From: Vicinamibacterales bacterium
GTDB lineage: Bacteria; Acidobacteriota; Vicinamibacteria; Vicinamibacterales; JAMQPK01
Length of the DNA: 64,000 nucleotides
Assembly: GCA_963732445.1 (NCBI GenBank)
Contig: CAVSZJ010000008.1
Span: 192,746-256,745 of the forward strand
Direction: 5' to 3'
Shown here piece after piece: positions 50,611 to 61,586 of this stretch; positions within the stretch are counted from its first letter, which is position 1, and every line of letters begins with the position of its first letter. Under the pieces are notes generated by a model. The model searched no databases. It was not told where the DNA came from and was given only the letters and a program-made list of their open reading frames with translations. A program made the translations under genes and the position numbers.

Positions 50611-51600
50611 ATGCGCTCGAGATCGGCGTTGTTGTGCGCGGGCGTGTGCATGGTGGCGGGGTTTGCTGCGCTTGGCGTCCACGGGCAGGAACCGGCCACC
50701 TATCCTCATGACATGAGCGATTACGGCTGCACGAACCGCGACGAGAACGCGTGCGATTCGGCGCCTGCGCCACCGCCCGACTACATTCCCCTCGTCGGCA
50801 CCTGGGTGCGATATTCCCTGCTCCGCAACGGCTTCAGCGTGCAGCCGCCCGATGCGCCCTTGTATGTGAAGTTCATGAAGGACGGCTACTGGTCGATGAT
50901 GGAGTTCCCCGCGAGCCGTCCGAAAACCAATAAACCGCTGGAGCAGCAGACCACAAAAGAATTGTTCGCGCGCTTCGACAAAATGGCCGGCGGCTGGGGC
51001 ACCTACAGCAACAGCGGCCAGGTGAACTTTCGCCATCACAAAGCCGGCCTCGGTCCCGGCGGCGGCGAAAACACACAGGAGCGCGCGTGGAGGTTCGAGG
51101 GCAACATCCTCGTCCTCGAGGGCTCGGGACCGACCAAGTCGCCCCAGATTCACGCCCGCAAGCTGCCGAATCAAAAACTTGGCTCGACGGCGCTCGTCGG
51201 CTCGTGGGAACGCACCGCATACACGCTGAACGGCGCGGCAGGCGCGACGACACCCGAGCACCTGCTCCTGGGCGAAGATGGCTGGTATCACGCGACCACA
51301 TTGCCGGCCGGGCGCAAAGGTGTGCCGAAGGTGCCGCAGGATCAATGGACGCCGCAGCAGTTCGCCGGCGCGTACACCGGCATGAGCGCTTCGCGCGGCA
51401 CCTACAACGTCCAGGGCACGACCTTCGTCCGGCGCCACATCGGCGATACGGATCCAAATCTCGAAGATAAACTGAGCACGGGCACATTCGCCGTGCAGGG
51501 CGACACGTTCACCTGGACCGGCACCGATGCCGCGGGACAGAAATTCAGCGCGACCTACACGAGAATGAAACCGTTCGACGTGTTCGCGCCGTTCAAGTAA
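50611..51600 (+). CDS. secreted protein with two lipocalin-like domains
   Basis: CAGGAGG SD; signal MRSRSALLCAGVCMVAGFAALG; duplicated LVGTWVRYSLLRNG / LVGSWERTAYTLNG cores. Confidence 0.55.
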   Translation: MRSRSALLCAGVCMVAGFAALGVHGQEPATYPHDMSDYGCTNRDENACDSAPAPPPDYIPLVGTWVRYSLLRNGFSVQPPDAPLYVKFMKDGYWSMMEFPASRPKTNKPLEQQTTKELFARFDKMAGGWGTYSNSGQVNFRHHKAGLGPGGGENTQERAWRFEGNILVLEGSGPTKSPQIHARKLPNQKLGSTALVGSWERTAYTLNGAAGATTPEHLLLGEDGWYHATTLPAGRKGVPKVPQDQWTPQQFAGAYTGMSASRGTYNVQGTTFVRRHIGDTDPNLEDKLSTGTFAVQGDTFTWTGTDAAGQKFSATYTRMKPFDVFAPFK

Positions 51601-51632
51601 GAGAGCTGACAGCTGAGGGCGATGGAGATCTC

Positions 51633-52483
51633 ATGAAAATACGCAGACGAGAATTTTTCAACACCGCGGCCGTCGCAGGCGCGGGCATCATCGCAGGCAG
51701 CCGTGCGACGGCGCAGGATGCGCCCGCGCGTGGCGGCGGCGCACCGAAACCGCCGACCTACACGCCTAAAATCGAGATGCTCTGGAAGAGCCCCGACCGG
51801 TACCCGAACGCGCTCGAGGCGTCACCGGAAGGACTGTGGGTCGGCGATCAGGTATCCGAGCGCATCAACCTGCTCGACTGGAAAACGGGAAAGGTTCTCG
51901 AAGACTTCGTCGGCGAAGCGCATAACACCAGCGGCCTCGCTATCGGTGGCGGGTTCATCTGGGTGGGCTGCAATGGCGCAGGCACCGCAGCGAACCTGCG
52001 CGAGTTCAAACGGCCATATGACAAGAACTACGGCGAGATCGTGAAGCTGGACATGAAGGGTAAGCAGGTCAAGGGTTATCGCACCCCATGGGGCAGCCAG
52101 CACGGCACCTACTACAACCGCCAGACCGACAAACTGTGGGCCGTGGCGCCGGGTATGGGCTTCCTGGCGGAGATGGATCCAAAGGACGACCTGCGCATCA
52201 GCCGCATGGTGCAGATTCGCATGAACGTACCCACGGCCTCGACTTCCATGACGGCGCGTTCTACGTCATCGATGGCGCGGATCGACTGGTGCACCGCCTC
52301 GACGCGGAGAACGGCCGCGTGCAGGAGAGCTGGGTGTTCGGGCCGAACGATCCAGACCCGCACGGCATGTGCATCCACGACAACCACGTGTACTTCACCG
52401 ACGCGGGTCTCGGCGGCGGACGCACGCCAAGCGCGGGCACGAAGCCACAGATGATCTTCAGATTTCCGCTGTCACGCAGCTAG
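51633..52483 (+). CDS. beta-propeller repeat protein with twin-arginine signal; one frame break near 52230
   Basis: MKIRRREFFNTAAVAGAGIIAG; EASPEGLWVGDQ; HNTSGLAIGGGFIWVG; HGLDFHDGAFYVIDG; HGMCIHDNHVYFTD. Confidence 0.6.
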
Positions 52484-52516
52484 CAGGTGGTAGGTGGTAG
52501 GTCGTAGCTGGTAGCA
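52484..52516. repeat. GGTGGTAG-type simple repeat between convergent genes
   Basis: CAGGTGGTAGGTGGTAGGTCGTAGCTGGTAGC. Confidence 0.75.
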
Positions 52517-52527
52517 AGAGCTCAGAC

Positions 52528-55233
52528 CTATTTCTGTGTTCTGCGGAGTAGTGCGGGCCAGTTCATCACGACCGTGATTCCCTGCCGTTTTTCTGTGCTC
52601 GGTACCTTCATCAAAAAGCGCTCGCCGTCAGCCGAAGGGACGTAGTCCATCCGATAGGGATTGAGCATAGACGGAATCCGAGTGTTGAAAAGTGCTCTTG
52701 GCGCAGCGGCGGTCAATCGCTCCTTTGCCGTAACGCCGACCTGCATGAGCGTGCCGTCCGTCTGTATGTAGTACAGCTCCCGTCCATCGCCTCGCCACTG
52801 TGGCTGCATTCCGCCACTGGTCGAAACCAGCGTTCTCTGCTGACCCGCGGGGAAGTCCTGAACATAAATCTCGTAGCGTCCCGATTGATCGGAGGCGTAC
52901 GCCATCCACCGCTCGTCTGGAGAGACCGCTGCCTGCACCTCGTTGTACTGCGTGTCGAGGATCGGCTTTGCATTCTTCTTCTCAATCGAACTGGTCCAGA
53001 TCCCATAGCCCGCTTCCATCGTCGCCTGGAAGAACAACAGCTGCCCATCGCTCGACCAGTGCGACGCCATCGCATTGCTGGGGACGTGCGGTCCCGCATC
53101 CTCGAGACCGTAAATCCGCCGTGTCGTTCCCCCTGGACTGGAGCTCGTCACATACAACTCGACGCCAATCGTGGAAGAACGATTCGACCGGAACACGATC
53201 TGTTCTCCGTTCGGCGACCAGATCGGCCCGGCATCCACCAACCGCTCAGAGGTGATTCGCGTGGACGTACCTCGGGTCAGATCGAGAATCCAGACGTCTG
53301 GCGCTTGCATCTGTGGATCAACACGCGCATAGGCCACGCGAGACTGATCGGGTGAGAGCCTGAAATCAACATAATCACCTTCAGGCGAAACTAGCTCTCC
53401 CGTCCGTCCCGAGCGATCAACCCATCGCAGTTCGCTCTGAATCGAAAGACCTCCGGTATACGCCAGCACGCCCGTTGTGGACACCGAGAAAGATCCATAG
53501 GCCGTACTGGATCCGCCAACGCCGCGCACGACCGCCATGGGCGTTCCATGCAACCCGAGTTTGGCGACGTCAAAAAGCTGCGCCATCAGCGTGGAACCGT
53601 CGAGGAAAAGCAGATGCCCCGAGCCGAAGTGTGCAGCCCAATCGGACCCCAGCAGTCGTCGAAGGCGGGACCCGTTTCCGGCGACCGAGGCGACGTAAAT
53701 TCCACGTCGATCGAGATCGGCATGGCGTACTTGAAACAACACGTGTTCGCCGTCTGGTAGAAACTCGGGCCATCGGGCCATGCCGACGGGTTCGCTGAAG
53801 GTCAATTCGGTCACCGGACCGCCCGTGGCCGCAACCCGGTGCAGCGCTCCGGGGCGCGCAGCGTAGAACAGAATCGTGCCGTCAGCGCTCCACGCGCCGC
53901 CTCGTGTGTCGACCGGTCCTCGACCGATCGTTCGAGGCGTTCCCTCGGCAGCGATCTCGGTCAACTTCACCGCGCCCTGAGACAGGAAACCTATGCTCCG
54001 ACTGTCGGGCGACCAGAAAGGATCGACGGCGCCTTCGGTGCCCGCCAGCGGCCGCGATTCCTGAGTGTCGAGCGTTCGCAGCCACAGGCTCGACTGCCCC
54101 TGAGCGTTCGCTACCAGAAATGCCACGTGTCGCCCGTCCGGCGACACCGCCAGCTGCGGAACCGACATGGACGCAGCCGGTCCCGCCAGACTGAGTGCGG
54201 GAGGTGGCTCGATCGCAAAAACGACCGCAGCATCTGGAGGTCGGACGGGCTGCGTGGTCACCGATTGCACAAGCCACATGCCGGCGGCGCCAACAATGGC
54301 GGCCATTACGGCGGGCACGGCGACCGCCGCCACGCCTTGTCGAACTGGGACGTCCTGCGGCACCTTAGGCGCGCCCTTGACGAGCTCCTGAAGCTGCCGC
54401 CTGACGTCCGCGATCGATTGCCACCGGTATTCAGGATCTTTTGCGAGACAAATGCTGACCAATTGATCCAACGCACTCGGCGTCAACGGCTGACGCATCG
54501 ACAACGGTTGAGGATCGTCCTTGAGAATCGCACCGATGACGCTGGCGGGCGTATCTCCCTGAAACGGTCGCGTCCCGCAGACCATCTCATACAGCACTGC
54601 ACCAAACGCCCAGATGTCACTGCGCGCGTCGGCATCCTTGCCCTCGACCTGCTCTGGCGCCATGTACTGCGCAGTTCCGAGAATTGTCCCTCGCGCAGTT
54701 TCCAGTGCGCGAGTCGGGAGCTGCGTCATGCCTGACAGAGAGATCGGGCCAGTTGCGGTTCGCAGCTTCGCCAGCCCGAAGTCGAGCAGCTTCGCGCCCG
54801 TCTTGGTCAGCATGATGTTGGCCGGTTTGAGATCGCGATGGACGATGCCCTGACGATGAGCTTTGTCCAAGGCATCGGCGACTTCGGTGGCAATCCTCAG
54901 CGCAAGATCGAGTGGGAGTGGGCCACGTTCGAGACGCACGGCCAGTGTCTGGCCTTCCAGGTGCGGCATGACCAGGTAATGCGTCCCATCGACGCTACCG
55001 ACGTCGTAGATGCCGCAGATGTGAGGATGATCCAATGCCGCTATTGCGCGAGCCTCACGCTCGAAGCGCAGCCTCGAGTCAGGATCATTGGCGACGTCGC
55101 TCGGCAAAACTTTGATGGCGACGGTACGGTCGAGGCGTGTATCTCGGGCTCTATAGACTTCGCCCATGCCGCCGGCGCCAAGCGCGCTGACAATCCGATA
55201 CGGACCAAGACACGCGCCGGGGTCGAGGGCCAC
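52528..55233 (-). CDS. Ser/Thr protein kinase with PD40/TolB-like beta-propeller region (paralogue of 26332..28977)
   Basis: Uninterrupted 901 aa; GTG start after GGAGGGAGGAG; [37 protein letters not shown]; SPDG repeats. Confidence 0.9.
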   Translation of the reverse strand: MALDPGACLGPYRIVSALGAGGMGEVYRARDTRLDRTVAIKVLPSDVANDPDSRLRFEREARAIAALDHPHICGIYDVGSVDGTHYLVMPHLEGQTLAVRLERGPLPLDLALRIATEVADALDKAHRQGIVHRDLKPANIMLTKTGAKLLDFGLAKLRTATGPISLSGMTQLPTRALETARGTILGTAQYMAPEQVEGKDADARSDIWAFGAVLYEMVCGTRPFQGDTPASVIGAILKDDPQPLSMRQPLTPSALDQLVSICLAKDPEYRWQSIADVRRQLQELVKGAPKVPQDVPVRQGVAAVAVPAVMAAIVGAAGMWLVQSVTTQPVRPPDAAVVFAIEPPPALSLAGPAASMSVPQLAVSPDGRHVAFLVANAQGQSSLWLRTLDTQESRPLAGTEGAVDPFWSPDSRSIGFLSQGAVKLTEIAAEGTPRTIGRGPVDTRGGAWSADGTILFYAARPGALHRVAATGGPVTELTFSEPVGMARWPEFLPDGEHVLFQVRHADLDRRGIYVASVAGNGSRLRRLLGSDWAAHFGSGHLLFLDGSTLMAQLFDVAKLGLHGTPMAVVRGVGGSSTAYGSFSVSTTGVLAYTGGLSIQSELRWVDRSGRTGELVSPEGDYVDFRLSPDQSRVAYARVDPQMQAPDVWILDLTRGTSTRITSERLVDAGPIWSPNGEQIVFRSNRSSTIGVELYVTSSSPGGTTRRIYGLEDAGPHVPSNAMASHWSSDGQLLFFQATMEAGYGIWTSSIEKKNAKPILDTQYNEVQAAVSPDERWMAYASDQSGRYEIYVQDFPAGQQRTLVSTSGGMQPQWRGDGRELYYIQTDGTLMQVGVTAKERLTAAAPRALFNTRIPSMLNPYRMDYVPSADGERFLMKVPSTEKRQGITVVMNWPALLRRTQK

Positions 55234-55292
55234 GCCTGCTCCTCCCTCCTCACTTGAATCGTTGAGCCATGATTATAGCCGCGCTCCGTGGG

Positions 55293-56594
55293 TCAGCGAG
55301 CAAACAGCTGCGGAATCGCACGCCTCGCTTCGTCTCCGCCGACAATCGCAAACAGCGCGAGGATCACGACCAGCAGCGCGTTGGTCGCGAGATTGTTGTG
55401 CGGCACCGCGCTCGTCCACTTCACGCGATTGTTGAGATGCAAGAGCGTCGCGGCGAGGAACGGCACGAAGAGGCTGCCGACGATGGTGTAGGTCACGATG
55501 ACGGCGAGCGGGCGGCCTGTAAATGCGAACGGAAGCGGCACGAGCGAGACGAAGATCAGCGCAAGTCGGTACGGCGTGCTCGTGACCTTCGTAACTCGAA
55601 TTCGCTCCTCAGGCGGCAGCTTCGTGATGATGCTGTAGAAATCCGCGTACAGGTACGGCACGCTCTGCCATACGCCGAGCAGCGACGCGAACACCGCAGC
55701 CCAGAAACCCACCGAGTATGCCCACAGGCCGAAGGGACCGATGATGGCCCCCAGCGTCTCCGCCATCTTGCTGACCGCCTGGGCGTCGGTGATGGTGACG
55801 CCGGCCGTGTAGAACGCCTGGTTGGCGGTCATCATGATCGCCATGCCGAAGATCGCCGTGAACAGATAGGCGATCGCGATGTCTCCGCGTACGTAGCCGA
55901 GGTGCTCTGCCCCTCTGATTTTCTCTTCGCGCATCCAGTAGTTGTACGAGAGCATCGTGATCGATCCGCCGATACCGCCGATGATCGACAGCACATAGAG
56001 CCCGGCGCCTCCAGGAATCGTCGGAATGAACGTTCCCCCCAGGACGGCTGCGGGATCCTGAAACGTCAGCGCGGAACAGACCAGAATGCTGAGTCCCATC
56101 ACCCCGACAAGCGTCTTCATCAGCTTCTCGAACCCGCCATATCCGCCCAGCAGCACGAAGACGAATCCGAACATGCTATGAAATACGGCGCCCCATGGCT
56201 GCGAGATCCTGCCCCCGGTCAGGTTGGCAATGCCGAGCCCCGTGGCGTTGGTGAGTGCCGCTGTGACCGCGACCGTCCACAGCACCAGATACACGCCGAA
56301 ATACCACTTCACCCAGGCGGGCAGATACTCCGCCCATCCTTCGAGCGCGGTCTTGCCCGTCGCGAGCTGCCACCGGGCGATGCCCTCGTTCAGGACGAAT
56401 TTAAAAAATGCCCCGACGGCAATCGCCCACAGCAACATGACGCCGTAGCGGGCGCCGCCCACCGTCGCGGCGACGACGTCGCCGGAGCCGATGCCGGTGG
56501 CCGCAACCACGAGGCCGGGTCCCGCGAGCTTCAGGAAACTCAGCGAAGGTGGTCGTCGAGACTCCGCAGCATCGGGCCTGGCCGAAACAGACAT
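55293..56594 (-). CDS. NRAMP family divalent metal transporter
   Basis: LAGPGLVVAATGIGSGDVVAATVGGARYG; 11-12 hydrophobic segments; uninterrupted 433 aa. Confidence 0.8.
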   Translation of the reverse strand: MSVSARPDAAESRRPPSLSFLKLAGPGLVVAATGIGSGDVVAATVGGARYGVMLLWAIAVGAFFKFVLNEGIARWQLATGKTALEGWAEYLPAWVKWYFGVYLVLWTVAVTAALTNATGLGIANLTGGRISQPWGAVFHSMFGFVFVLLGGYGGFEKLMKTLVGVMGLSILVCSALTFQDPAAVLGGTFIPTIPGGAGLYVLSIIGGIGGSITMLSYNYWMREEKIRGAEHLGYVRGDIAIAYLFTAIFGMAIMMTANQAFYTAGVTITDAQAVSKMAETLGAIIGPFGLWAYSVGFWAAVFASLLGVWQSVPYLYADFYSIITKLPPEERIRVTKVTSTPYRLALIFVSLVPLPFAFTGRPLAVIVTYTIVGSLFVPFLAATLLHLNNRVKWTSAVPHNNLATNALLVVILALFAIVGGDEARRAIPQLFAR

Positions 56595-56645
56595 CCACTC
56601 TCCTGTGTGCTTGGTAGGCCCGTGATTCTAGTTCATAATTCCGGC

Positions 56646-58010
56646 ATGAAGACACTCGCCGCAGGCGCCCTGGTCCTCGCTCTGAGCGCGGCGGTTGCAG
56701 CGCAGAGCACGATCAACATTCCATTCGAGGCCTACACGCTGCCGAACGGACTGAACGTGGTGCTGTCGATCGACCGCACGACGCCGACAGTCGCCGTGAA
56801 CATCTGGTACCACGTCGGATCGAAGAACGAGATGCCGGGGCGCACGGGATTCGCGCACCTGTTCGAGCACGTGATGTTCACCGGATCGGGTCACGTCGCG
56901 TACGGCCTGCACGATCGCCTCACCGAAGGCGCGGGCGGCATGAACAACGGATCGACGTCGAACGACATCACGAACTACTACGAGACCGTCCCCTCCAACT
57001 ACCTCGAGACGATGCTGTGGATCGAGGCCGACCGAATGGGATTCCTGCTCGACTCGCTGGATCTCGCCAAGCTCGACGCGCAGCGCGACATCGTGAAAAA
57101 CGAACGGCGGCAGAGCGTCGACAATCAGCCGTACGGGCGCGTGTTCGAAATTTTCTCCAAGGCGATGTATCCGCCGGCGCACCCCTACTCTTGGCCAGTC
57201 ATCGGCAGCATGGAAGATTTGACGGCGGCGTCGGAAGAAGACGTCAAGAATTTTTTCCGGCTGTACTACGCCCCGAACAACGCGTTCCTGACCATCGTCG
57301 GGGATTTCGATCCCGCGCAGGCGAAGGCGTGGGTCACCAGGTACTTCGGCGACATCCCGCGAGGCAAGCCCGTGACTCGCCCGACGGACGGACCGGTCAC
57401 GCTGACCTCGCCGCAGCGTCTCGTGTTCGAGGATCGAGTGCAGGTGCCCCGCCTGTATGTCCAGTGGCCGACGGTCGGCGAGAAGAACGACGACCGATTT
57501 GCGTTGTCGGTGCTCGGCGCCATCCTGTCTGGTCCGCGTACGGCGCGACTCACCAAAGCCCTCGTGTTCGACGAGCAGGCCGCGGCGTCCGTCAACGCGG
57601 GACAGAACACCTCGGAGGACGTGGGCGAGTTCATCATGTCGATCACACCGCGCCCGGGGCATTTGCTGACCGATCTCGAGATAGCCGCCGATGCGGTCAT
57701 CGAACGGCTCAAACGCGAGGGACCGACCGCAGAAGAAGTGCAGAAGGCGACTGCCGGCGAGGAGCTTTCGTTCGTCCGCGGGCTCGAGTCGAATCTCGGC
57801 AAGGCATTCCAGCTCGCGAACGGCGCCGCCATCCACGGCAACCCCGGTCATTTCCGGACCGAATACCAGAAGACGCTCGCGGTGACCGCGGCCGACGTAC
57901 AGCGCGTCGCCAACAAATACCTGACGCCCGGCCGCATCGTCCTGAGCGTCGTGCCGATGGGCCAGACCGACCAGGCATCGAAGCCGGCAGAAAGCACAAA
58001 AGTCCAATGA
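56646..58010 (+). CDS. M16 (pitrilysin) family peptidase, active-type subunit
   Basis: Signal MKTLAAGALVLALSAAVAA; zinc motif HLFEHVMF (HxxEH); NERRQ. Confidence 0.9.
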   Translation: MKTLAAGALVLALSAAVAAQSTINIPFEAYTLPNGLNVVLSIDRTTPTVAVNIWYHVGSKNEMPGRTGFAHLFEHVMFTGSGHVAYGLHDRLTEGAGGMNNGSTSNDITNYYETVPSNYLETMLWIEADRMGFLLDSLDLAKLDAQRDIVKNERRQSVDNQPYGRVFEIFSKAMYPPAHPYSWPVIGSMEDLTAASEEDVKNFFRLYYAPNNAFLTIVGDFDPAQAKAWVTRYFGDIPRGKPVTRPTDGPVTLTSPQRLVFEDRVQVPRLYVQWPTVGEKNDDRFALSVLGAILSGPRTARLTKALVFDEQAAASVNAGQNTSEDVGEFIMSITPRPGHLLTDLEIAADAVIERLKREGPTAEEVQKATAGEELSFVRGLESNLGKAFQLANGAAIHGNPGHFRTEYQKTLAVTAADVQRVANKYLTPGRIVLSVVPMGQTDQASKPAESTKVQ

Positions 58011-59599
58011 CCCGCCGCATCTTCCTTGCACTCGTTCTCATTGCCTCGATGGCTCCCATCGCATCGGTAGCTGTCATTCCATCGGTAGCGCAGGACTTCG
58101 GCTCTATTGCATCGGTCGGCTCTATTGCATCGGTAGCGCAGGACTTCGGCTCTAGTGCATCGGCCGGCTTTATTGCATCGGTAGCGCAGGACTTTAGTCC
58201 TGCCACGGCGTACGCACAGACACTCGATCGCGCCAAACAACCGCCGATCGGCAAGATCCCCGAGCTGCGGGTGCCCACATGGACGAAAGCGAAGCTGTCG
58301 AACGGCTCGGAGTTGATCGTGTCGGAAAAGCACGATCTGCCGCTCGTCTCGTTCTCAATGACCTTCCTCGGCGGCGCCGACCAGTTTGAAACCGCTGACC
58401 GGCGCGGCGCAGGCAGCCTTGCCGCTGCGATGATGAGCGAGGGTACGAAGACGCGAAACGGTGATGACCTGTCGAACGCGCTTCAACTGCTCGGCACGAA
58501 TGTCTCCGTCAGCGTCGGGGGCGAGAGTGGATCGATCAGCTTCGTGAGCACGACCGCCCGGTTTGCGGCAACGCTCGACATTCTTGCGGACATGCTGGTG
58601 AGCTCCACGTTTCCGCCGGAGGCCCTCGAACGGCTGCGGGCGCAGCGTCTGGTCGCGCTGAACCAGGCGAAGGCGCAGCCCGGCTCGATCGCAGCGCGCG
58701 TGTTTCCACGGGTCCTCTACGGTGACACGCACCCGCTTGGTCAGTCGCCGACCGAACAGACCGTCAAAACCATTACACGCGCGGATGTGGTTGACTTTCA
58801 TCAGCGGTATTTCAAGCCGGGGCGCGCGCTCATCACCGTTGTCGGCGATGTCAGCCCTTCCGCTGTTCGCCCCATCATCGAAAAGGGGCTGGCGAACTGG
58901 GCTGCGGGCGGCGAGCGACCGGCATTCGCATTTCCGCCGCTGCAGGCGCCAAAGACCACGACGATCTATCTGGTCGACAAGCCGGGCTCGGCGCAGTCGA
59001 CGTTTGCGCTCGGCCTGCCTGGCCCTCCCCGGACGACTCCCGACTATTACGCGCTGCAGGTGATGAACACGATTCTCGGCGGGATGTTCCAGGCGCGGCT
59101 CAATGCCAACATTCGCGAGGAGAAGGGGTACAGCTACGGGGTCAGCTCGAACTTCGGCTTCGGCAAGGGACCGAACCCGTTCCGCACCGGAGGCGATATC
59201 GTCGGCGACAAGTCCGACGCCGCGCTCGTGGAGTTCATGAAAGAGCTGCGCGGCATCCTCGGCGCGAGGCCCGTGACAGAGGAAGAGCTGAGAACCGCCA
59301 AGGAATCACTGGTGCAGCGTCTGCCGGGGACCTTCGCCTCGGTCGGCGCGATCAACAGCGCGCTGACCGGATTGTGGGTGCAATCCCTTCCCGACAACTA
59401 CTATCAGCAGTACGCGAAATCGGTCATGGCGATTACCGCAGACGACGTGGTGCGCGTCGCGAAGAAATATCTCGACCTCGATCATCTCGCGATTGTCATC
59501 GTCGGCGATAGAAAAGCGATCGAGGAGCCGCTCCGCGCAACGAAGATCGCACCGATTACCTACTTGGACATCGACGGCAACCCTGCGGGGAGTCCATAG
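58007..59599 (+). CDS. M16 family peptidase, non-catalytic-type subunit (no HxxEH)
   Basis: ATGA overlap with the upstream M16 gene; peptidase_M16 fold motifs (YFKPGRALITVVGD, REEKGYSYG); repeat-derived N-terminus. Confidence 0.85.
   Translation: MTRRIFLALVLIASMAPIASVAVIPSVAQDFGSIASVGSIASVAQDFGSSASAGFIASVAQDFSPATAYAQTLDRAKQPPIGKIPELRVPTWTKAKLSNGSELIVSEKHDLPLVSFSMTFLGGADQFETADRRGAGSLAAAMMSEGTKTRNGDDLSNALQLLGTNVSVSVGGESGSISFVSTTARFAATLDILADMLVSSTFPPEALERLRAQRLVALNQAKAQPGSIAARVFPRVLYGDTHPLGQSPTEQTVKTITRADVVDFHQRYFKPGRALITVVGDVSPSAVRPIIEKGLANWAAGGERPAFAFPPLQAPKTTTIYLVDKPGSAQSTFALGLPGPPRTTPDYYALQVMNTILGGMFQARLNANIREEKGYSYGVSSNFGFGKGPNPFRTGGDIVGDKSDAALVEFMKELRGILGARPVTEEELRTAKESLVQRLPGTFASVGAINSALTGLWVQSLPDNYYQQYAKSVMAITADDVVRVAKKYLDLDHLAIVIVGDRKAIEEPLRATKIAPITYLDIDGNPAGSP
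58058..58205. repeat. REP-derived array inside the M16 5' coding region: 3 x GTAGCGCAGGACTT(CGGCTCT/TAGTCCTGCC) with TATTGCATCGG linkers
   Basis: Encodes IASVAQDFGSIASVGSIASVAQDFGSSASAGFIASVAQDFSPA. The last unit is the palindrome GCAGGACTTTAGTCCTGC. Confidence 0.85.
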
Positions 59600-59657
59600 C
59601 CCAAAGGCTAGACGCTAAAGGCCGAGAGGATGGTGGTCGCAGGTCGTAACAACCGTC

Positions 59658-59736
59658 CGTAGTGTCCGGCTTCAGCCGGACCGTGAAGTCGCGCAATACG
59701 GTAGTGTCCGGCTTCAGCCAGACCGTGAAGTGTCGC
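59658..59736. repeat. two REP copies, 42-nt period: GTAGTGTCCGGCTTCAGCC(G/A)GACCGTGAAGT
   Basis: Palindrome GTCCGGCT-TC-AGCCGGAC read directly; intergenic. Confidence 0.85.
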
Positions 59737-59868
59737 TATGAGCCCGGAGGCGCCGACGTTCTGCTTGCGGCTCACGTGTTTCTGAGTATCCATTCGCCGC
59801 GCCGCAGAACATCGACGCCTCCGGCCTGCAGACCAGTACGTGGAGTCCGGCTCTAGCCGAACTAGGAG

Positions 59869-60666
59869 ATGCGCATGACATATGTCCTCGGCGTGGTCGT
59901 ATCGATGCTTCTCTCTCTTGTTGTATCCACGCAATCTTCCGGACTTGCCGAAGCCCGCAATGAAATGAGCGCCGCGACCCTGCGGGGAGACCGACCCGCA
60001 TTTGCGCGCTTCCTCAGCGACGACATTGCCTCAATCGACAGCGCCGGAAAATTGCGTGACAAGGCCGCGGCGGTAGATGAGATGCCGCGCGGCAGCTCGC
60101 AGGTAGCTGCGGACATCAGAGAACACGGAGATGGCGCGGTGGTCGCCATCGGGCTACCTGGGGAATCACCCGCTCGAATCATCCAGGCGTGGGCCAGGAA
60201 AGGGAGCCAATGGCAGATGGTGGCGTTTCAGGGCGTACGGGCAGGAAGGGATGTGACGCCGGCTACGCAGCCTTCATCGGCGTTGCCTGTCAGTTCCGGT
60301 CCGGAACCAGAACGTCGCGCAATCCAGAAGACCCTTGATGCTCTTGAACAAGCCGCTCGCGTTGGTGATGCGCAAATGTGGGGTGTTCACGTGACTGATA
60401 CTTTTGTCGCAGCATCACCAATCGGAGAGTTTCAACGGAAGGACGATGTGATGCGGGACATCGCGGGTCGCGCAAACGCCGTTCTCAGCATCCGCGACAT
60501 TTCACTTCGGATACATGGCACGCTCGCGGCAGCAACGATGCACCTTCGCGCGCAAGACCTTGAATTCTGGCGCACTGCGATCTTGGTGAGTGAAGCTGGG
60601 AAATGGCGCATAGCAGCCGAAATCACAACGCCGATCACCGGTGCCGCGCGGTCGGCGCCGCAATGA
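59869..60666 (+). CDS. secreted protein with two SnoaL/DUF4440-like (NTF2-fold) halves
   Basis: Signal-like MRMTYVLGVVVSMLLSLVVS; two similar halves (..RPAFARFLSDDIASIDSAGKLRDKAA.., ..MWGVHVTDTFVAASPIGEFQRKDDV..). Fold assignment is tentative. Confidence 0.45.
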   Translation: MRMTYVLGVVVSMLLSLVVSTQSSGLAEARNEMSAATLRGDRPAFARFLSDDIASIDSAGKLRDKAAAVDEMPRGSSQVAADIREHGDGAVVAIGLPGESPARIIQAWARKGSQWQMVAFQGVRAGRDVTPATQPSSALPVSSGPEPERRAIQKTLDALEQAARVGDAQMWGVHVTDTFVAASPIGEFQRKDDVMRDIAGRANAVLSIRDISLRIHGTLAAATMHLRAQDLEFWRTAILVSEAGKWRIAAEITTPITGAARSAPQ

Positions 60667-60699
60667 GCATGGAACCGTAGCCGAGCTGATACGATAAGA

Positions 60700-60747
60700 A
60701 GCCGTCTCGGACCGTATGAAATCCTCGCGCCGCTCGGCTCCGGCGCC
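60700..60747 (+). pseudogene. orphan fragment resembling the N-terminus of a Ser/Thr kinase
   Basis: SRLGPYEILAPLGSGA, compare RLGAYEVVSMLGAGG (26.3-kb kinase) and [15 protein letters not shown] (52.5-kb kinase). No start codon, and no kinase domain follows. Confidence 0.3.
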
Positions 60748-60994
60748 GGCCGCGTCGGTTGTTCGACGACCGTAGACCTCCGACCTCGACAAACAAGGTG
60801 CGCAATGAAAACCCCGAGTGAGCTCGTCCTGTCGGGGTTAGCCGGACCTTCGGTTGACCGTGAACATCGCTGACGCTATTCTGCCCATGTTCCTAGCGGG
60901 GCCTGCCTGCTTCAATCAGGGCCCCTACCCGCGCGACTCGACCTCGCCGAGCTCGTGGATGTAGGCATCAGCGAGCACACGAGAGAGGTGTGCG

Positions 60995-61389
60995 ATGCCT
61001 TATGAGATCAAGACACTCACTCCGAACCTGATCGTTTCCAGCGTCGAACAGAGCCTGGCCTTCTATTGCGATATTCTCGTTTTACGAAGACGGACAGCGT
61101 CCCCGAGGAATCCCCGTTCGTGTTTGCCATGGTGCAGTCGGGACCGGTCAGGATTTTCTTCAACGCGCGGGGTCCTGCGATCGAGGAATATCCGGCGTTG
61201 GCGAACCTGCCGATCGGCGGCACCCTGACGCTCTTCATGGAAGTATCAGGCGTCGAAAAGATTTACGAGGATCTGAAAGCGCGCGTGAAAGTGACGATGC
61301 CGCTCGAGAGGAAATTCTACGGCGTCACGGAGTTCGCTTTCGAGGATCCGGATGGGTATGTAGTTACGTTCGCCGAACGCACGCCGTAA
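60995..61389 (+). CDS. VOC (glyoxalase/bleomycin-resistance) family protein; one frame break near 61079
   Basis: MPYEIKTLTPNLIVSSVEQSLAFYCDIL then FTKTDSVPEESPFVFAMVQSGPVRIFF..YGVTEFAFEDPDGYVVTFAE. Confidence 0.7.
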
Positions 61390-61586
61390 AGAGACAACGG
61401 GAGGCTCCCGCGGACTGCGCGGGTCGAACCACTTGTCACAGTCTTTTCACCATAGCGCCCTCGATCCGCCACGGGTGAATGCGTCTAATCACGCAGGAGG
61501 ACGGAGCCGCCATGCGTGTTCACCATATTCGCCTGCCCGCCATCGTGCTTTGCATCGTTGCGTTTGCCTCGCCTGCGTCTGCCAAG

